A stretch of DNA of 64,000 nucleotides from Azolla caroliniana (taxonomy: Eukaryota; Plantae; Polypodiophyta), in NCBI GenBank assembly GCA_043228905.1, contig JBHGNT010000016.1, positions 10,292,001-10,356,000 of the forward strand, in the 5' to 3' direction. Below, piece by piece: positions 57,757-64,000 of the stretch (positions within the stretch are counted from its first letter, which is position 1; each line of letters begins with the position of its first letter). Position numbers and translations under genes: made by a program. The notes beneath the pieces are model-generated. The model saw only the letters and a program-made list of their open reading frames with translations, had not been told where the DNA came from and made no database searches.

Positions 57757-58502
57757 TGTCATGATATAGCATGGTATGACTTCAAAAGGATTTGAACCTA
57801 TGACCTTTTCATGTCACGTGGGTTAAAACCTTACCATTAAGCTATACATTGTAATACAAAGAATATTATTTCCATTTATTATTTCACTTAGGAAATCCAT
57901 GTATATTCTAGATTTCTCTTGAACATTCTAAAAATTCCAAGAGTATTCCTAAGCCACATTTCTAGAGTATTCCTAAACCACTATAAAAAGAGGCACATGG
58001 CATTATTGAGAACCAAATCGGTTCAACGCCAGTCTTCAGCCTCCTAGTTATTCCTGTATATTTATTCTCTTCATATAATATCTATCTTTTTTCCTCATCG
58101 TTCTCTCTCTCTTTGTCTCTCTCTTTCTCTCCTTCTCCCAAGAGTTCTACATCCCTCTTAGTACTAATCCTCATCTTTTAGTACTAATTCCCTCTCTGTC
58201 TTATTACTATTCATGACAGTTTGAACTGATTTCTCTTTCCTTCTATCTTATTACGTATCCCTCCTTTCTCTAATATAATGGAAATTGGTAGTGCTCAAGA
58301 ATATCAATCCGTTTTCTTGGAGTTGCAATGCTTGAAATAGAAGTTTCTTGCAGTGGAACAAGAAAATCAATGGTTGTTTGGGAATCTTCAACAAATCTCC
58401 TTAGAAAAGCAGCAAATGCAACAACATGGGGAACTAGCGTTATGCGTGCAACAACTTGAAGATTTGTAACAACAAAGACCAAGAACGCAAGGGATTCATA
58501 AA
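57757..58502 (+). mobile_element. 5' LTR (57757-58218) and decayed start of a second chromovirus-like element
   Basis: Perfect 8-bp inverted termini TGTCATGA...TCATGACA; TATA box at 57982; self-complementary PBS at 58221-58232; stop-containing coiled-coil gag-like start near 58278. Confidence 0.7.
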
Positions 58503-61500
58503 TGTAAAGAATTAAGAGATGGATTCTTGTGAAGCGGAAGAGATGTGAGTTATGTGTGTGTGTAAGAGAGAGAGAGAGAGAGAGAGAGAGTGAAACACAG
58601 AGAATACGCAAGGTAAAAGTATATTGACAAAGGAGAAAGACTCAACATTATACAAGGTGGGAGGAGGGTGCTTTATGTAGACACCCTCTCTCTTCATTAA
58701 CTACAAGCCTCATGGAGCATGGGGAATGTGAAAGCTCATAAGTTATGTGTCATAGAATATGATTCTATGACTCATACTAAATGCAAGAATACAAAGTGGT
58801 GATATAATGGCGACTCTTGACCGTTGGAGTGTCTCTTCACTCTCAAGGTGATTTCACACACTAGACCAAGTTGAGCTTGATTCTCAACACGCCCCCTCAA
58901 CCTCAAGTCGGGTCGGTTTCAGATGGTATCCGAAATCCGCTTCAACTCGCGTTCTGGAGTCCGCATCGACTCGTGTCGACTCGCATTTATGCGGAGTTGC
59001 GGAATCCGTGCTTCAGCTTGCGTTGTGCATAGTTACGAAGTCTGTGCTTCAGCTTGCGCCTTTCTTCACGACTTTGCGCGGTAGATCGGCTCTTCAATGC
59101 TTCGTTCCGTGGTTGCGGAATCCACGTGTTATTGCGTAGTGTCTTCAGTACTCCCCCTCAAGCTTCGCAGGTCAGGGATCGTCAATCCGAGATCGGTCAT
59201 GAATTGCCATAGCTTGTCGGCTCCTAAGGCTTTAGTGAAGATGTCGGCCATTTGAAGATTGGTGCTACTGTGTTGTAGGTTGACATCGCCAGCCAGAACG
59301 TGCTCTCGGATGAAGTGATAGTGCACTTCGATGTGCTTTGTCTGCGCGTGGAACATCGGGTTCCGAGCTAGATAGATACTCCTCATGTTGTCACAGTAAA
59401 AGGGAAGTTGAATCCTTGATGGGTACGCCCAGATCCTTCAAAATCTTCTTGAGCCATATGGCTTCACATGCGGCCACTGTCGTGCCCCTGTATTCCGCCT
59501 TTGTGCTCGAAAGAGCGACAGTTGGTTGCTTTTTGCTGCTCCAGGATATTGCTCCGCTGCCAAGGGAAAAAACAAATCCGGAGGTTGATCTTCTATCGGC
59601 TTTGTAGCCGGCCCAATCGGTGTCTGTGTACCCCTCAAGGCGAATTGGCATCACGGTCTTGTAGAGGATGCCGCAATCCATTGTGCCACTCACGTATCGT
59701 AGAACTCGCTTAGCGCAATCCAAGTGAGTATCACGCGGTGTTTGCATGAATTGACTAAGGAGACCAACCGAATAGATGAGATCAGGTTGAGTGATCGTGA
59801 GGTAGATGAGACTCCCGATGAGTTGCCGATACTGAGTCGGCTCACACGCTTTGGTGCCGGAGTTCGCATCTAGTTTGAGATTGCGATCGAGTGGGGTTGC
59901 CGTGGATTTGCACTCAACCATCCCGAACTTGTATAACAAGTTGAGGATGTAGTGCCATTGAGAGATCATGATTCCGGCCGGAGTCCGAATTACCTTGATG
60001 CCGAGGAAGTAGTGGAGCTCCTTCATGTCCGTCATCTCGAACTTGATGGAAAGGAGGGATTTGACTTTATTGATTTCGACGAGATGCTCACCTCCAATGA
60101 CTAGGTCATCCACATATAAAATGATGACGACCGAACTTGCGGAATCGCTTCGTATGTAGAGGGAGTTGTCCAATTTTGACATACGGAAGCCGATTTGATG
60201 AAGATATTGCGTTATCTTCGAATGCCAAGCACGCGGTACTTGCTTGAGGCTGTAGAGTGGCTTCTTGAGTCGGGAAACAGCTTTCGGATGGGTGCTCGAG
60301 TTGAAGCCGGGTGGTTGGATCATGTACACCTCCTCTCCTAATTCGCCTTGTAGAAAGGCGTTCTTGACATCCATTTGATGGAGGTGCCACCCTTTCGCCG
60401 CGACAATCGCAATTACGGTCCGCACCGTTGTCATCATTGCCACTGGGGCAAAGGTCTCTTTGTAGTCAACGCCATGTGTCTGAGCGTATCCTTTCGCTAC
60501 GAGTCGAGCTTTGTAGCGGTTTACGGAGCCATCAACGTTATACTTCACCTTGTAGATCCATCTGCATCCAATCGCCTTTTTGTGTGGTGAGGTGGTGAGG
60601 TGGGAACGAGATCCCACGTCTCTAGTGCCTGCATCTCCTCATTCATTGCTTCGATCCATCGCGGTTCCTTTGCGGCTTCCGAAAAGGTTTCCGGCTCCCG
60701 TACTGTCGCTACCTTCATCATAAAGGCGTAATGGTACGCCATATAATTGTTGTAGGCGAATCGGCTTACGGGGTTCTTTTCACGAGTGGATCGGCAGAGC
60801 TTTTCATTTGCAGAGATGAGGGCTTTCTTGGCTCCGATTGGTACCTCGAAACCACCGAACTCACTGTAGAGTGAGTGAGTCGACTCATCGTTGTTGAAGC
60901 GATCGTCTTCGTATTCGGACATTTTCGCCTTGCCTTTGTCCATCTCCAGGCTAGGCCGTGATGTGCTTTGATCGCTCAAAGGCTCTTATGGCCTGCTCAA
61001 TCGGGTCATGATCAGACTTTCTTCGAATATTATGAGCATAAGGCGATCTTCATCCTCGATCTCTTGTTTGGCGAATTCCGGGTCGAGCGGAGTCAGAGTC
61101 GGAGTTGTCTCTGGTGCGTACCAGGATGCGGACTCGTCAAAAACGACGTCTCGACTTACTCGAGATTTTCGAGTTGAGGGGTTGTAGCACTTGTACCCCT
61201 TTTGCTCCAATGAGTATCCTACGAGGATACATTTCTCCGACTTCGGGTCAAGCTTTTGACGCTTCTCATTGGGGATGTGCACGTACGCTATCGCGCCGAA
61301 TATCTGAATGTGCGATAAGTCCGGCTTCTTTCCGAAGTATTTTTCATGCGGAGTGACCTCGTGCACGCTGGATGTTGTGCACTGGTTCATTAGGTAGACG
61401 ACCGTATTTGTAGCTTCAGCCCAATATGACTTGGGCATATGCTTCTCGTTCATCATGGCCCGTGCTACTTCGAGGATGTGCCGATTTTTGTGCTCTGCTA

Positions 61501-64000
61501 CCCCGTTTTGTTGCGGAGTGTGTCAGCAAGTGAATTCTCACTGAATTCCTTCCTTTCGGAGATACGCCGTGAAATCGTTCGAGAAGTACTCCTTGCCGCC
61601 ATTTGATCGGAGACATCATACATGTCGGCCCGTGGCTTTCTCGACTTCATTCTTGAATTTTTGGAAGTGTCTGAACACTTCGCTCTTTTGCCGCATTGGG
61701 TAGATCCAAGTGTGCCTAGAGAAGTCGTCGATGAAGAGCATGTAATATCGGCATCCACCGAATGTAGCCGTCTGCGCCGGTCCCCATACGTCGGAATTGA
61801 CTACGGCGAGTAGAACTTTGCTCACGTTCTGCTCTTTCGGGAATGGGTGTCCGTGTTGCTTGCCGAATTGGCATGCTTCGCATACACCTTCAATCTCCTT
61901 CTCTTTGAATGTCGGGAGTCCGATGACGACTCCTTTCGATTTCATTGCTTTGAGTTTGATGAGATTTATGTGGCCGATTCGCTTGTGCCATAGCTCTATG
62001 TCGAAGTCAGCTTTCGTGTTTTTTGTGAACATGGCGGATTTCATCTCGCGTGAATCGAGAATGAACATCTGGCCCTGTCTTCGTCCACGTGCGATGAGTC
62101 GGCCCTCTTTTTCGATGAAGCAACTGCCTTGATTAAATCGAACTTGCATCCCTTGCTCTACAATTTGGTCGACCGAGACCAAATTCTTCGTAATGGTCGG
62201 TACATGCAAGATATTTTTAATGTAAATTTGCTTACCTTCTTTTTCGAATGGAACATTGCCAATGTGCCGAATCGGGTGCGTAGTGTCATCTCTGGTTTCA
62301 ACATAGCCAGGTCGGTCTGTCTCTCGAAGTTCTCGAAACCATTCTTGATGCGATGTCATATGGTTCGAGGCACCGGAATCGACGGACCATACGTCTTCCG
62401 GACTGGAGGCACTAGTTGAGGTAGCGGCTGACATAGAGTTTGCTCTATGTTTCATCATGAACATTCCACCACGGTCAGAATTGTGCGCATACATTCCACC
62501 ACGATCTTCGTAGTCGGAGTTGTGCCCGTACATTTCTCCACGGTCGGAGTTGTGTGCATACATTCCGCCATGATCTTCGTAGTCAGAGTTGTGTGCGTAA
62601 TTCGTGAGTTGTCAGCTTGTGGAAGCCGATTCACGCATCTTCTTTCGGCACTCTTCTTCGTGGTGGCCAAGCTTTCCGAAATATCCGCATTCAGTTGCGT
62701 TTTGACGGCTCGGGCCGGAGTGGAAGCTCCCCCTTCTTGCAAAGGTTCCTCGTTGGCCTCCGTTTTGCGACCGAAATTGGGAGTTGTTGTCGTAGGTCGG
62801 ACTTCGTTCGCCTTGTCCTTGGCCAAATCGGCCTCTCACTCGTCCGCATCCTCTTCCTCCATTAGAGTGTGTGTAGATCATGTGGCCTTCCGACTCATTG
62901 CTCCTTGTATGTACGTGGTTTACTTCGACCAATAGCATTGATTGGAGCTTGAAGGAGGGAGATTTCTCCCCTGCTAGAACGGCGGTTCGCATTGTGCCGA
63001 ACCGTGGTGCGAGGCCGCCGAGGCATATTAGCACCATCTCATCATCATCTATACTTACGCTTATTGAGCCGAGCGAGTCGCAAAGCTCCTTGATCTTCAA
63101 GGTGTATGTCGTGATGGACATGTCCCTTTGTTGAATGTTGTTCAACTCTTGGCAGAGTTGAAGCTTCCTCGCGGTCGTGTTGGCGGCGAAAATCTTTCGT
63201 AGATTTTCCAACGCTTCCTTCGGTGTCTTGGCTTCTCGAATGTAACCAAGCATGTGGTCGTGAACACATGTCGTCAAACAATACATCACGCGGCTTGCGG
63301 CTTGTTCCCATGTCGCGTATCTGGGAGCCGCTTCGGCGGGTCGGTCTTCATGCGCTCCTTTGATGTAGCTCCAATAGCCTTGTCCGACAAGGTATTGGTG
63401 CATCTTGTACTCCCAAGATGCGAAGTTGTTTCGATCCAACTTCTTGGTAGGGAGAGCGCTCCCCATTTGAGTATTCATTATGTCAATTCTTCTTCTTCTT
63501 CTTCTCTCTTCGAATGTGAGCTATGTAGCGAAGCTACGATAGCTATGAGCTGGTTCTTGGTTGTCGGCGTAGAGCACAACACACGATCACGATGAGGCGA
63601 ATGGGCTAGATCGAGCTACCAAATCGCTCTGATACCATGTAAAGAATCAAGAGATGGATTCTTGTGAAGCGGAAGAGATGTGAGTTATGTGTGTGTGTGT
63701 AAGAGAGAGAGAGTGAGTGAGTGAGTGAAACATAGAGAATACGCAAGGTAAAAGTATATTGACAAAGGAGAAAGACTCAACATTATACAAGGTGGGAGGA
63801 GGGTGCTTTATGTAGTCACCCTCTCTCTTCATTAACCATAAGCCTCATGGAGCATGGGGAATGTGAAAGCTCATAAGTTATGTGTCATAGAATATGATTC
63901 TATGACTCATACTAAATGCTAGAATACAAAGTGGTGACATAATGGTGACATAATGGTGACTTTGACCGTTGGAGTGTCTCTTCACTCTCAAGGTGAGTTC
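58503..64000 (-). mobile_element. Near full-length Ty1/copia family C
   Basis: 3' LTR 58503-58889, PPT 58890-58900, PBS 63626-63637, 5' LTR from 63638 running off the window. Confidence 0.95.
59129..63478 (-). pseudogene. gag-pol: gag-pol with several frameshifts
   Basis: Gag 62612..63478, PR VDSGASNHM, INT SDVWGP, RT ILYVDDL, RH YTDTDWAG and TKHIEVHYHF. Confidence 0.92.

Noticed and set aside
57783-57850. Functional tRNA gene
   Set aside because: A and B boxes are present, but I cannot fold a credible acceptor stem or anticodon arm; reported as a tRNA-like cassette instead.

Overview
The window is a dense nest of plant LTR retrotransposons, with no host gene, RNA gene or CRISPR array that I can support. 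Ty1/copia elements with tRNA-iMet PBSs, a Tcn1-like chromovirus and TTTAGGG repeats suggest a non-seed land plant such as a fern, lycophyte or bryophyte (inference). At least four copia families and several Ty3/gypsy families are present. A five-layer nest is resolved by TSDs: copia 21572-54345 > Tnt1/Tork-like copia 29427-53059 > chromovirus 33470-52166 > non-chromoviral gypsy 36808-50221 > gag-only element 39550-43041. The most unusual signals are in cis-elements. (1) Three unrelated gypsy LTR families carry an antisense tRNA-like A-box/B-box cassette in U3. (2) One gypsy element has a tRNA-3'-end sequence at both internal ends and no PPT. (3) Two LTR families show Tf1-type self-priming geometry with different, co-varying sequences. 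(4) A very young gag-only element has a tRNA-Trp PBS and a 4-bp TSD. (5) A telomeric-repeat filler joins two broken elements. All coordinates, alignments and tRNA assignments were made by eye or from memory and need computational confirmation.
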